DNA of 64,000 nucleotides from NCBI GenBank assembly GCA_965243025.1, contig CBDETY010000003.1, forward strand, positions 288,001-352,000, read 5' to 3'. Both the position numbers and the translations under genes were made by a program. The stretch is from Candidatus Latescibacterota bacterium (GTDB lineage Bacteria; Latescibacterota; UBA2968; UBA8231). The notes beneath the pieces are model-generated. The model made no database searches. It worked only from the letters and a program-made list of their open reading frames with translations, and was not told the DNA's origin. Positions within the stretch are counted from its first letter, which is position 1. Each line of letters opens with the position of its first letter. Positions 30,316-39,595 of this stretch are shown here, piece after piece.

Positions 30316-33107
30316 CGGTTGATCCCGGCGTACACGGTGATGAAGCTGATCGTCTCCGACGTCCCCCTGCTCCTTTTCCCGAAAAGCCCGTCCTCGTCCG
30401 CCTGCACCCGCTCGGCGAGGTTGCGCGCCAGCCGGAAGCCGATCTGGGTGGTCAGCCAGTATCCCTGGTAGGCGGAGTTCGTCGTCAGCTGCACCGCGAG
30501 ATTGACCGAGGTCACGTCGCCGGTCTCCCCCGCGGTTCCCGCGTCGATCATCCCGTCTTCGTCGACGGTCCTGTCGACGAACCGGGCGAGCTCGAGCCCC
30601 GTGGTGAGGGTGCTCCGTTCGAGGTAGGGGAATTTTGCCAGCAGCGTCGCCAGCCCCATCCAGTGCTCCCGGTCGACCCCGATCACCTCTCCGAGCAGCG
30701 ACTCGCGCACGAACGGCTGCCGGCGGAAGTACTCGAGCTTGGCCTTGGGCTCGAAGCTCACCGCTCCGATCGAGAAGCCGTACTCGACCTTGTTGACGAA
30801 GCCGAGCAGGGTGGGCGAGGCGGTCAGGGAACGGCCCTTCAGGTCGGTGGGATTCTCCTTCACGTGGTTGTAGATCTCGTACTTCAGCTTGTTGACGATC
30901 TTCAGGCGCGAGGCCGCGGTGAAGTCGAAGCCGACCCAGGCGGTGTTGATCCATGTGTCCGGTGCCGGAAGCAGATCCTCGATGACCGGCCTGGAAATGG
31001 CATTTCGCCAGGGGGAGGGGGCCAGGCGGTCGTCCGGTATGGTGTCGCTGGCCCGCTTCAGCATGTCGAAAACGCGCAGCCTCCAGGACCCGAAGCGTCT
31101 GTCCATGGTGAACAGGCCGTAGGTGGTTCTGTTGTCGCGGTCGTCGGAAAGCATGCGCTCCCGCGCCCGTCCCGCCATCACCCGGGTGTCCGGGGTCAGA
31201 TGTAGTCCGGCGAACGCGTTGTACCCCCTGCGGTCCGCCTTGTACGGGAAATCGGGAAGGATGTCGTCCTCGAAGCGGTCGATCCAGGCGTTGTTGTTGA
31301 GGTCGATGCCGAAAAGGAACTCCGGCCGGTCGACGTCATGCCTGAGGAAGGGCTCCTCGTAGTCGGGAAGGGTGTTGCGCAGGGTTCTGTTGTCGTTCTG
31401 GTTGAAGTCGGAGATGAAGTCGTTGTTCTGGTCCCACCCGGGGTAGACGTCGGTGTCGCCGGCCTGCGAACCGGGCCGCACCCAGTCGGGAAGGCGGTCC
31501 TGGTCGTCGTTGTCCTCGACGAACTCGTAGAGGTGCAGATCGGGGCGGTCGTAGTCGATGTCCCCGTTCTCGTCGACGACGAAGGCGCTCGTCGAGTAGT
31601 CGCCGTCGATCGCGTAGGCCTCGCCGTATAGAAAGAGGGGGTATCTCTGTTTGCGGGCGGTCACGTAGCGGGCGTCCGCGGTCCGCCGCGAGATCTCGTG
31701 ACCCTCGTTGGCCCTGAAGAGCGCCGCGTTCGGGAACTGGGAATAACGGAGATTGCGGTCCCATTCCGCGTAGAGGTCGATGCCCCAGATATCGGTACCC
31801 TCGACGGTCACCCCGGCGATCATGTTTGCGGTGGGCAGCCCGTAGTCGAAGGTGACCCGGCGGATATTCGTTATGTCCCGCACGTTGCCCCCGGCGCGGT
31901 CGACCAGGAGCAGGGCGGGGCGCTGGGCCTCGATGATCTCGCTGGTCAGGGGCGTATCCGGGGGGCCGTTGCGACCCGTCTGCCGGTCCGACCAGAGCTC
32001 GATCCGGTAGTCGTTGGCCAGCACGTAGTCGAACTCGACGGCGACGATGGTCGTCGGGTTCGGACCGATGTAGTCCGGGTCGCTGAAGTCGTAGTTGAGC
32101 ACGATGCGCTCGGCGCCGTCGGCGGCGAGGTAACCGCGGCGGGCAAGGCCGCCGAAGACGTCCGGCCAGCGGCCGCCTGGACGCACCACCTGGTCGAGTC
32201 TCCACTCGCTGTCCTCGCCGGTGTCGAAATCGCGGCTGGTGATGCGGACGTCGTGGTTGAACAGGGCGGCGCCGGCGGCTCCGTCTTCGGGGGAGTCGTC
32301 GCTGAGAACGACGGCGACCGTCGTGACCGGGACTTTGGACTGGCCTTCGGTCAGGTTTCCGGCGGCGAGGTTTCCTCCGAACAGGTCGAGGTTGGTGTTC
32401 GAATTGCGCGCGTCGACAAGGGTAGCCCCGACGGTGATGAAGTCGCCGATCTGGGCGGTGCCGCGTCCCGCGACCAGGCTCGTCGAGTTTGCGGTTCGCG
32501 CCGGTTCGATGGTAACCGAGGCCGCCGGGTCGCTGATCCGGGAGGCGAGGATGGTCGCCGCGTACTTGTCGGCCACGTAGTCGGCCTGCACGCCGTTGAA
32601 GGTCGGCTTCGAAAAGGACAACGGCGTCAGGGTGGTGCGGATCCGGTTGCCCACGGTGACGGCGTAGCCGTTCTGCCCCTTGGCGTCGCCGCTGATGGTC
32701 AGCGAGCTGAACCAGCTCTGGAACTGGCTCCCCTTGTAGATGGCGCTGCCCAGGGCGTTGGGCTGGTCCTGGCGCCAGTCGTACACCAGCCAGCCGTGGC
32801 TGATGTAGTCGCCGTAGACGTCGTAGAAGTAGTCCCCCTCGATGGCGGTGTTGACGTAGCGCTCGTAGCCGCGGGTCGCGTAGCTGGTGAACTCCCACTG
32901 GCGCCAGCGCCGCTCCTGGTACAGCTCCTGGGGGATGTACCAGTGCTGGAGGGTGGGATCGAGGGCGCCGAACAGCACCCCGGGACCGGCCGGCTCGTAG
33001 TTGACCTCGCCGTCGGCGGAAGCCCCGAGGCGGGTTCCGTACTCCTGCGCATGCAGCGGGGCTGCCAGGAGGAAAGTGAGGAAGAGAGCCGGGGTACCGA
33101 GTTTCAG
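30312..33107 (-). CDS. Family A exported protein, first gene of the minus-strand operon (about 931 aa)
   Basis: Signal peptide (L)KLGTPALFLTFLLAAPLHA|QEYGTRLG; all family A motifs; ends FITVYAGINR. Start uncertain: CTG 33107 (GGAG just upstream) or TTG 33167. Confidence 0.78.
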   Translation of the reverse strand: MKLGTPALFLTFLLAAPLHAQEYGTRLGASADGEVNYEPAGPGVLFGALDPTLQHWYIPQELYQERRWRQWEFTSYATRGYERYVNTAIEGDYFYDVYGDYISHGWLVYDWRQDQPNALGSAIYKGSQFQSWFSSLTISGDAKGQNGYAVTVGNRIRTTLTPLSFSKPTFNGVQADYVADKYAATILASRISDPAASVTIEPARTANSTSLVAGRGTAQIGDFITVGATLVDARNSNTNLDLFGGNLAAGNLTEGQSKVPVTTVAVVLSDDSPEDGAAGAALFNHDVRITSRDFDTGEDSEWRLDQVVRPGGRWPDVFGGLARRGYLAADGAERIVLNYDFSDPDYIGPNPTTIVAVEFDYVLANDYRIELWSDRQTGRNGPPDTPLTSEIIEAQRPALLLVDRAGGNVRDITNIRRVTFDYGLPTANMIAGVTVEGTDIWGIDLYAEWDRNLRYSQFPNAALFRANEGHEISRRTADARYVTARKQRYPLFLYGEAYAIDGDYSTSAFVVDENGDIDYDRPDLHLYEFVEDNDDQDRLPDWVRPGSQAGDTDVYPGWDQNNDFISDFNQNDNRTLRNTLPDYEEPFLRHDVDRPEFLFGIDLNNNAWIDRFEDDILPDFPYKADRRGYNAFAGLHLTPDTRVMAGRARERMLSDDRDNRTTYGLFTMDRRFGSWRLRVFDMLKRASDTIPDDRLAPSPWRNAISRPVIEDLLPAPDTWINTAWVGFDFTAASRLKIVNKLKYEIYNHVKENPTDLKGRSLTASPTLLGFVNKVEYGFSIGAVSFEPKAKLEYFRRQPFVRESLLGEVIGVDREHWMGLATLLAKFPYLERSTLTTGLELARFVDRTVDEDGMIDAGTAGETGDVTSVNLAVQLTTNSAYQGYWLTTQIGFRLARNLAERVQADEDGLFGKRSRGTSETISFITVYAGINR

Positions 33108-33328
33108 GGCCGGTCTCCGTTGGCTGAACGTCCTTGCGTTGTTGGTGGAGGTCCGGGTATTTACCAAATGCCGAACAGAGATATGGGAGTTGCAGACGGA
33201 ATTACCGGGCGATCCGCACGAACCGCATGGGGTTAAGGTTAATGAAAATCCGCCTCGAAATCGACCCGAAGTCAACGCCGCGGCCGATTTCCGGAAAACC
33301 AGCTTTACCTGTTGTTATTGATACGATT

Positions 33329-35281
33329 ATGTCCCTCCTGAACAGGGGGCGGCCGCGCCTGGGGGGAGCAGCCGGAGCCGCCGCGGCCTTGTTTCTTTCG
33401 CAGTTGCCGGACCCGCTCCCGGCAGAGGTCCGGAAACCCCTGGCCTGTCCCGCGGACGCGGTCGAGCCCCCCTGGGTCGACACCAGGCGGGAGATGCAGC
33501 TGGCCACCGCGGCCCGGTTCCGGACTTTCGTCGGTTTCACCTTCACCGACCGCCGCCGGGAAAGCGGAATCGGGTTCGTCAACGTCACCACCGCCGACAC
33601 CGGAAAGAACTACCGGGCCTCGCACTACGATCACGGCAACGGCGTCGCCGCCGCCGACGTCGACGGCGACGGCCTCGCCGACATCTACTTCAGCAACCAG
33701 GTCGGGGCCAACGGGCTGTGGCGCAACCTCGGGGACGGCAGGTTCGCCGACGTCACCTCCTCCTCGGGGACGAGCCTCGACGAGGCCCTCGGGGTCGCCG
33801 CCTCTTTCGGCGATACCGACAACGACGGCGACCCCGACCTCTTCGCGACCACGGTCCTGGGGGGGAATTCCCTGTTCGCCAACGACGGCTCCGGCAGGTT
33901 CACGGACGCGACCGCCGCCTCGGGCCTTGCCTACAGCGGCCATTCGTCCGCCTCGGTCCTGTTCGACTACGACAGGGACGGCCTGCTCGACCTGTTTCTG
34001 TGCAACGTCGGCGTGTACACGACGGGGGAGGTCATCGAGGCCCCGGTCGACGCGCTGAACCCCGGGGAAGGGGAATCCTACCGGTATTTCGCCGCCCATG
34101 GCGATGCCTTCGCCGGCCACCTCAAACCGGAGCGGACCGAGCGCAGCATCCTCTACCGCAACGGGGGCAACCGCTTCTCCGACGTGTCGGAAGCGACCGG
34201 GCTGATCGACACCGGCTGGTCGGGGGACGCCAGTCCGATCGATGCCAACGAGGACGGCTGGCCCGACCTGTACGTCCTCGACATGCAGGGCAACGACGAC
34301 TACTTCGAGAACGTCCGCGGGCAGAGTTTCGTCCGCCTCGGCAGGGAGGTGTTCCCGAAGACCCCCTGGGGATCGATGGGAGTCAAGACTTTCGACTGGG
34401 ACAACGACGGGGATTTCGATCTCTTCGTCAGCGACATGCACTCCGACATGAGCGTCGACGTCGGGCCGCCGGACGAAAAGAAGAAGGCCGATATCCAGTA
34501 CTCCGACGAGTTCCTCGCCAGCGGCGGCCGCAGCATCTTCGGCAACGCCTTCTACCGCAGCGAGGGCGGGGGGAGCTACCTCGAGATCTCGGACCGGGTC
34601 GGCGCCGAGAACCACTGGCCCTGGGGCCTGAGCACGGGAGATCTGAACGCCGACGGCTACGACGACGTCTTCCTCGCCTCGAGCATGAACTACCCCTTCC
34701 GCTACGGGGTCAACACGCTGCTCGTGAACGACCTGGGAGAGGCTTTCCTCGACGCCGAGTACATCCTCGGAATCGAGCCGCGGCGAGACGGGCGCACCAC
34801 CAAAGCCTGGTTCCTGCTCGACTGCGGGGGAGCGGACAGGGAGCACGACCGCTGCGAGGGGCAGGAGGGCCTCATCGAGATATGGGCGGCCCTGGGCTCG
34901 CGCTCCTCGGTGATCTTCGACATCGAGGGGGACGGCGACCTCGATATCGTAACCAACGAGTTCAACTCCGAGCCCCAGGTCTTCGTCAGCGATCTTTCCG
35001 AAAGGAAGCGGATCAGCTACCTCGAGGTGAAGCTCGCCGGCCGCAGGTCGAACCGGAGCGGTATCGGCGCCGTCGTCACCGTGGAGGCCGAAGGCGCCCG
35101 CTACAGGAAGGCGAACGACGGCCAGTCGGGCTACCTGTCGCAGAGCGACCTGCCGCTCTACTTCGGCCTCGCCGGCGCCGCTTCGGTCGACAGGATCGTC
35201 GTGCAGTGGCCATCCGGAAAGACGCAGACCGTCCCGGGCCCGGTGGCCGTCAACCGGCTTGTCGAGGTGACGGAGAAGTAG
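33329..35281 (+). CDS. CRTAC1-family protein (FG-GAP + ASPIC/UnbV), about 650 aa
   Basis: GNGVAAADVDGDGLADIYF, DYDRDGLLDLF and DWDNDGDFDLF repeats; SNRSGIGA...GYLSQSDLPLYFGL...VQWPSG. Confidence 0.88.
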   Translation: MSLLNRGRPRLGGAAGAAAALFLSQLPDPLPAEVRKPLACPADAVEPPWVDTRREMQLATAARFRTFVGFTFTDRRRESGIGFVNVTTADTGKNYRASHYDHGNGVAAADVDGDGLADIYFSNQVGANGLWRNLGDGRFADVTSSSGTSLDEALGVAASFGDTDNDGDPDLFATTVLGGNSLFANDGSGRFTDATAASGLAYSGHSSASVLFDYDRDGLLDLFLCNVGVYTTGEVIEAPVDALNPGEGESYRYFAAHGDAFAGHLKPERTERSILYRNGGNRFSDVSEATGLIDTGWSGDASPIDANEDGWPDLYVLDMQGNDDYFENVRGQSFVRLGREVFPKTPWGSMGVKTFDWDNDGDFDLFVSDMHSDMSVDVGPPDEKKKADIQYSDEFLASGGRSIFGNAFYRSEGGGSYLEISDRVGAENHWPWGLSTGDLNADGYDDVFLASSMNYPFRYGVNTLLVNDLGEAFLDAEYILGIEPRRDGRTTKAWFLLDCGGADREHDRCEGQEGLIEIWAALGSRSSVIFDIEGDGDLDIVTNEFNSEPQVFVSDLSERKRISYLEVKLAGRRSNRSGIGAVVTVEAEGARYRKANDGQSGYLSQSDLPLYFGLAGAASVDRIVVQWPSGKTQTVPGPVAVNRLVEVTEK

Positions 35282-35384
35282 CCCCCGCCGGGGTTGCTCC
35301 GGCGCCGGCCCCCGGGGCGGTGAGTCCTTCGCCGCCGGCGCGGGACCCCGACTTCGCCCGAGGCCGGATTCAGCGGACCGGCTC

Positions 35385-37316
35385 GTGACAACGCCATCCC
35401 CCTTCACCCTCCGCGGCCTTTTCGCCGGCACCCTCCTGTCGCTCTTCGTCGGCGTCGCCGCCCCCTACGGCTTCATCGCCGTGCGCGGGTCCTGGTGGGG
35501 GTTGAACGCCTCCTCTCCCGGGGCGGTCTTCCTGTTCTTCGTCTTCACCTTCTTCGTCAACACCGCCCTCCGACTCATCAGGCGCCCCCTCGCTCTCGGC
35601 CGCGGCGACCTCGTCCTCGTCTACGCCATGATGGCAATGGCGATCACCGTGCCGACGCAGAACTTCCTCGTCTACATCATCCCGACGATCTGCGTCCCCT
35701 ACTACTCGGCAAGCGTCGAGAACAACTGGGAGTCGCTCATCCACCCATGGATCCCGGAGTGGATGGCGCCTGGGGACTTCGACGCCATCAGGGGTCTGTA
35801 CGAAGGGCTGCCGGCCGGGCAGGCGATTCCGTGGGCTTCCTGGATCGTGCCGCTGGGGGCCTGGTTCTCCCTGTTCATCGCCCTCAGCCTGATGATGATC
35901 TTCATGTCGTCCATACTGCACCGGCAGTGGGCGGCCAACGAGCGGCTGCCCTACCCGATGATGCAGCTGCCGCGGCAGATGATCGAGGAGGGGGACGGTC
36001 CCGCCGGGCTGGTGGTCCCCTTCTTCAGAAATCCCGTGACCTGGGCGGGGTTCGCGCTGCCGTTCGGCCTCTTCGGGCTGACGGGGCTGAACCACTACTT
36101 CCCGATCGTTCCCGACTACCCGTTCTGGCACGGCAGCATCGAGCTCTTCGAGGGGGTCCGGCTGCCGATGGCGGTGAGCTTCGCCTGGATCGGCTTCTTC
36201 TATCTCGTCGACCTCGGCATCGTCTTCAGCATCTGGTTCTTCTACCTGGCGGGAAAGGTCGAGGAGGGGGTTTTCAACAGCCTGGGAGTCTCGAGCCGCG
36301 AGACCTTGAGCCAGTACGAGAACTACCAGACCGCCGACCTGTCGCATCAGGCCACCGGGGCGGTGATCGCCTTCGTCCTGATCGGGTTATGGACCGCCCG
36401 CCCGCACCTGGCCGCGGTGTGGCGCAAGGCGTGGCGCCCCGCTTCCGGGATCGACGACAGCGAGGAGCTCGTTCCCTACCGGGCCGCCCTGTTCGGATGG
36501 TTCGGGTGCCTTGCGTTCGTCCTCTTCTGGCTCTGGCAGTCCGGCCTGCCGGCGGCGGCCCTCCCCCTGTTCGCCGGCATGGTGCTCATCTACTACATCA
36601 TGATAACGCGGGTGGTGACCGCGGGGGGCATCCCCACCAGCCGCCCTCCGATCGTGGCCCCCTACGTCGTCATTTCCGGAATGGGGGCCTCGCTGCTCGG
36701 CACCAGGGGCCTTGTGTCGCTGGGATTCGCCATGGGCTGGCAGGCGGAGATGCGCCTGTTCCCGATGATCCCCTGCGCCAACGCCCTCAAGCTCGCCGAG
36801 ATCGTCCCGGGACCCAAGGGAAGGCTGTTCTGGGGGATGCTGATCGCCCTGCTCTGCAGCCTCGGGGCGGGAACCTGGCTGCTGCTGACCCTGGGCTACG
36901 AGCACGGGGGGATCAACATGGTCGGGCCGCTGCTGTCGAACGGGAACAACTGGCACTTCCTCAATCCGCAGCTGAACGACCCCCCCGAAGCCAACCTGCG
37001 CGGCTGGGTCTTCACCGGCATCGGCGCCGCGGTCGAGGGATTCCTGATGTGGGCCCAGCACCGCTGGTACTGGTGGCCGCTCCACCCCCTCGGGTTCGCC
37101 ATCGCCGTCGGCTTCATCACCTCGCACATCTGGTTCTCGGCGCTGCTGGCCTGGACGCTGAAGGCGGGGATCCTCAAGTACGGGGGGATCAGGCTGTTTT
37201 CCGCGATGAGACCGTTCTTTCTCGGCCTCATCCTCGGGGAGGCGGCGAGCGCGGGGTTCTGGCTGTGCCTCGACGCCGTCACCGGGGCGACGGGGAACCA
37301 CATCACCGCCATGTGA
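35385..37316 (+). CDS. DUF6785/DUF6784-type polytopic membrane protein, putative transporter (643 aa)
   Basis: Many TM helices; RQW...ERLPYP motif; C-terminal WWPLHPLGF...WFSALLAWTLKAGILKYGG...RPFFLGLILGE signature. Confidence 0.75.
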   Translation: MTTPSPFTLRGLFAGTLLSLFVGVAAPYGFIAVRGSWWGLNASSPGAVFLFFVFTFFVNTALRLIRRPLALGRGDLVLVYAMMAMAITVPTQNFLVYIIPTICVPYYSASVENNWESLIHPWIPEWMAPGDFDAIRGLYEGLPAGQAIPWASWIVPLGAWFSLFIALSLMMIFMSSILHRQWAANERLPYPMMQLPRQMIEEGDGPAGLVVPFFRNPVTWAGFALPFGLFGLTGLNHYFPIVPDYPFWHGSIELFEGVRLPMAVSFAWIGFFYLVDLGIVFSIWFFYLAGKVEEGVFNSLGVSSRETLSQYENYQTADLSHQATGAVIAFVLIGLWTARPHLAAVWRKAWRPASGIDDSEELVPYRAALFGWFGCLAFVLFWLWQSGLPAAALPLFAGMVLIYYIMITRVVTAGGIPTSRPPIVAPYVVISGMGASLLGTRGLVSLGFAMGWQAEMRLFPMIPCANALKLAEIVPGPKGRLFWGMLIALLCSLGAGTWLLLTLGYEHGGINMVGPLLSNGNNWHFLNPQLNDPPEANLRGWVFTGIGAAVEGFLMWAQHRWYWWPLHPLGFAIAVGFITSHIWFSALLAWTLKAGILKYGGIRLFSAMRPFFLGLILGEAASAGFWLCLDAVTGATGNHITAM

Positions 37317-37368
37317 CTGCGCACCGCCGAAAAAAGGGTAGTGGCGCAGTTTGAAATGTATCTTTAAT

Positions 37369-37743
37369 TCAGGAAGTATCTTCAAATGGGTGGTACAGTC
37401 GCCGACGGCCTGAGATTCCAGGTGGTATCTGATCCGTTTTCTTGAAGACCATTCCGCAGTAGCAACGCTTTGCTTTCGGGCGTCGATCTCGACCGCATTT
37501 CGGGCACCGCGGCCGGTCCGCTTGCTCGGCTCCACAATGGCTGCACACTTCCGCCTCGCTGCTGATGCGTTTTCGACAGCGGAAACATTGGGTGCCGGCG
37601 CACAGCGCCAACAGGATGCCGATGGGACCGAGCAGGATCCCGCCGATGAAGTAGTAGAAACCGTTGCCGCCGCGGCCGGAAGCGATCACGGCCGCTGCAA
37701 CCCCGCACAGAATCCAGAGAATCCAGAGAAAGAGCAGTTCCAC
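37369..37743 (-). CDS. IS passenger: small membrane protein with zinc-ribbon motifs (124 aa)
   Basis: GTG 37743 after GGAGG; two hydrophobic segments (GILLGPIGILLAL), then CFRC..CSHC and CPKC..CYC. Confidence 0.7.
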   Translation of the reverse strand: MELLFLWILWILCGVAAAVIASGRGGNGFYYFIGGILLGPIGILLALCAGTQCFRCRKRISSEAEVCSHCGAEQADRPRCPKCGRDRRPKAKRCYCGMVFKKTDQIPPGISGRRRLYHPFEDTS

Positions 37744-38021
37744 AGGCCCCTCCGTTCGCGCGATGGGTGGAGGCCCAGGCTTCACGTTTTGGTGCCGGGC
37801 CTTTTGCCACCGCCACAAGCGCGGAGCACTGCGGACAGTCCCTGCCTATTCGCTGCCAGGGAAAACCCCGGCGGGGTCGTACGGCTATGGTATTCAGCAG
37901 GAGACCCGACCAAGCGGGACTCCGCGCTGAAAAAAATGGCGGTGGCGACAGCCAATATAACCCGTTTCTTCTTCTTGACATAATTGATCCGGTGCCAGAA
38001 GTTTCAGGAGGGGAGAAATCG

Positions 38022-38288
38022 ATGACCGACCAAGAGTTCCAAGCCTCGGTGCTGTCCGAGTTAGAGGCCAACCGCAAGTTCCAGGCCGAAGTCCTGAAGC
38101 GGTTCGAGCAGATCGACTCGCGGTTCGAGCAGATCGACTCGCGGTTCGAGCAGATCGACTCGCGGTTCGATCGTCTGGAGCGCAAGATGGACGAAGGGTT
38201 TGAGCGGATTACCAACGAGTTCCAGGACGTGAGGTTGATCCTCCAGAACCACGAGACACGAATCCGTCGCTTGGAGGATGCCGCATAG
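38022..38288 (+). CDS. IS passenger: small coiled-coil protein with heptad repeats (88 aa)
   Basis: AGGAGGGAG RBS; (RFEQIDS)x3; ends NHETRIRRLEDAA. Confidence 0.75.
   Translation: MTDQEFQASVLSELEANRKFQAEVLKRFEQIDSRFEQIDSRFEQIDSRFDRLERKMDEGFERITNEFQDVRLILQNHETRIRRLEDAA
38099..38170 (+). repeat. 21-bp perfect tandem repeat, 3.4 copies
   Basis: GCGGTTCGAGCAGATCGACTC x3 plus GCGGTTCGA. Confidence 0.95.
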
Positions 38289-38290
38289 CC

Positions 38291-38494
38291 ATGCCGATCG
38301 GACCCCAGGGACAGAAACGTCCCGTCTCGGTAGTCGAATCCGCGGTGCTCATCTGCCGGATTGCCACCGGCCAGCAGGAAGAACAGTTCGTCAACGGCAA
38401 GCCCCGACGCAAACGCCACAGAGGGGAGACTGACAAACTTGCTCAGGAGCCGATCCCCACTTCTGAAAGCGGCACAGTTGCCGCTGGGTCGTGA
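38291..38494 (+). CDS. Small IS1-associated hypothetical protein (67 aa)
   Basis: MPIGPQGQKRPVSVVESAVLICRIATG resembles the short MPxGPxGxKRP...xIATGE proteins that I recall next to this transposase type (recollection, not searched). Starts 2 nt after the previous stop. Confidence 0.6.
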   Translation: MPIGPQGQKRPVSVVESAVLICRIATGQQEEQFVNGKPRRKRHRGETDKLAQEPIPTSESGTVAAGS

Positions 38495-38562
38495 CGCTCC
38501 CGAGCCGGTCAGTCTCCCTTATCATTTCTTTTCACAAAGCGTTCCCCCACAACAACTTACGC

Positions 38563-38591
38563 TTGATCCGTCGGCATCCGTTTGCTATATT
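38563..38591 (+). promoter_or_regulatory. Sigma70 promoter for a leaderless transposase mRNA
   Basis: TTGATC-17 nt-TATATT with an extended TG. The ATG lies 6 nt after the -10 box, with no RBS. Confidence 0.6.
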
Positions 38592-38597
38592 CTGGGT

Positions 38598-39473
38598 ATG
38601 AAAATCCTGCCCAGGAGCAAGCGGGAAACGGCTGTGCATCTGCTGGTTGAGGGCATGTCCCTGCGCGGAACCAGCCGACTCGTCGACTGCTCCTACAACA
38701 CGATTCTGAAGCTGCTGGTCAACGCTGGTGAAGCTGCCGCGGAGTATCACGACCGGGTTGTCAGGAACGTCCGTGTCCGGCAGGTGCAGTGCGACGAGAT
38801 ATGGTCGTTCTGCTACGCCAAGCAGAAGAACGTGCCCGACGCCCGGAAGGCACCGCCCGGTGCCGGTGATCTGTGGACCTGGACGGCCTTCGACCGCAAG
38901 AGCAAGCTGGTGTTGTCCTACCGGATCGGCGACCGGTCCCTCGAGACGGCCACGGAGTTCATGCGGGATCTGAAGGGCAGGGTGGCCAGCCGGTTCCAGC
39001 TGACGACCGACGCCCACAATGCGTACTTCGACGCGGTCGACGAAGTGTTCGGGGCGGACATCGACTACTCCCAGTTGACCAAGGTGCCCGGCATCGACCC
39101 GGAAACAAAAAAGCCGAAGGTCAGCCAGGAGAAGACCGTTATGATCGGCAACCCGGATCTTTCCAAGGCCAGCACGTCGCACGTCGAGCGGCAGAACCTC
39201 AACATGCGGATGGGCATGCGGCGCTTCACTCGGAAGTCGAACGCCTTCAGCAAGAAGGTCGTCAACCACGTCCACATGTGCAGTCTGTACTTCCTGTTCT
39301 ACAACTTCTGCCGCATCCACCAGACCCTCGAGGTCACGCCGGCCCTCCAGGCCGGCATCGACGACAGGCTGCGGGACATTGCCTGGATAGTCGACCTGAT
39401 CGACGCCAGGGCCCCGAAGCCAAAGCGTCCCAGGACCTATCGGAAAAAACCACGGCCGATTTTTTCAGACTGA
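38598..39473 (+). CDS. IS1-family DDE transposase (291 aa)
   Basis: N-terminal HTH LVEGMSLRGTSRL; QCDEIWSF; QLTTDAH; TSHVERQNLNMRMGMRRFTRKSNAFSKK; YNFCRIH. The stop lies inside the right IR. Confidence 0.92.
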   Translation: MKILPRSKRETAVHLLVEGMSLRGTSRLVDCSYNTILKLLVNAGEAAAEYHDRVVRNVRVRQVQCDEIWSFCYAKQKNVPDARKAPPGAGDLWTWTAFDRKSKLVLSYRIGDRSLETATEFMRDLKGRVASRFQLTTDAHNAYFDAVDEVFGADIDYSQLTKVPGIDPETKKPKVSQEKTVMIGNPDLSKASTSHVERQNLNMRMGMRRFTRKSNAFSKKVVNHVHMCSLYFLFYNFCRIHQTLEVTPALQAGIDDRLRDIAWIVDLIDARAPKPKRPRTYRKKPRPIFSD

Positions 39474-39595
39474 GTCATTGCCGAAAAAAGGCTTGAATTC
39501 TTCCGTCTCGATTTGTTACATATATAGGATTTACAGGAAAATACAAGGCCGCTCCCTGAGCGTCCGTCATCCACCCACAGAAGAGGAGCTTCTGC

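Larger units (their letters stand above)
37337..39482 (+). mobile_element. IS1-family element (ISMhu11-like) with passenger genes, 2146 bp
   Basis: Left IR GGTAGTGGCGCAGTTTGAAAT (37337-37357) and right IR TTTTCAGACTGAGTCATTGCC (39462-39482) match at 15 of 21 positions when inverted. 8-bp direct repeat GAAAAAAG at 37329-37336 and 39483-39490. Contains a DDE transposase. Confidence 0.85.

Noticed and set aside
38099-38170. The 21-bp repeats as a CRISPR array
   Set aside because: They are head-to-tail with no spacers, in frame within a CDS, and there are no cas genes.
37326-39491. 12-bp direct repeat GCCGAAAAAAGG at both IS ends as a site-specific att core
   Set aside because: The extra matching bases belong to the IR tips; an 8-bp TSD plus IRs fits the DDE transposase better.
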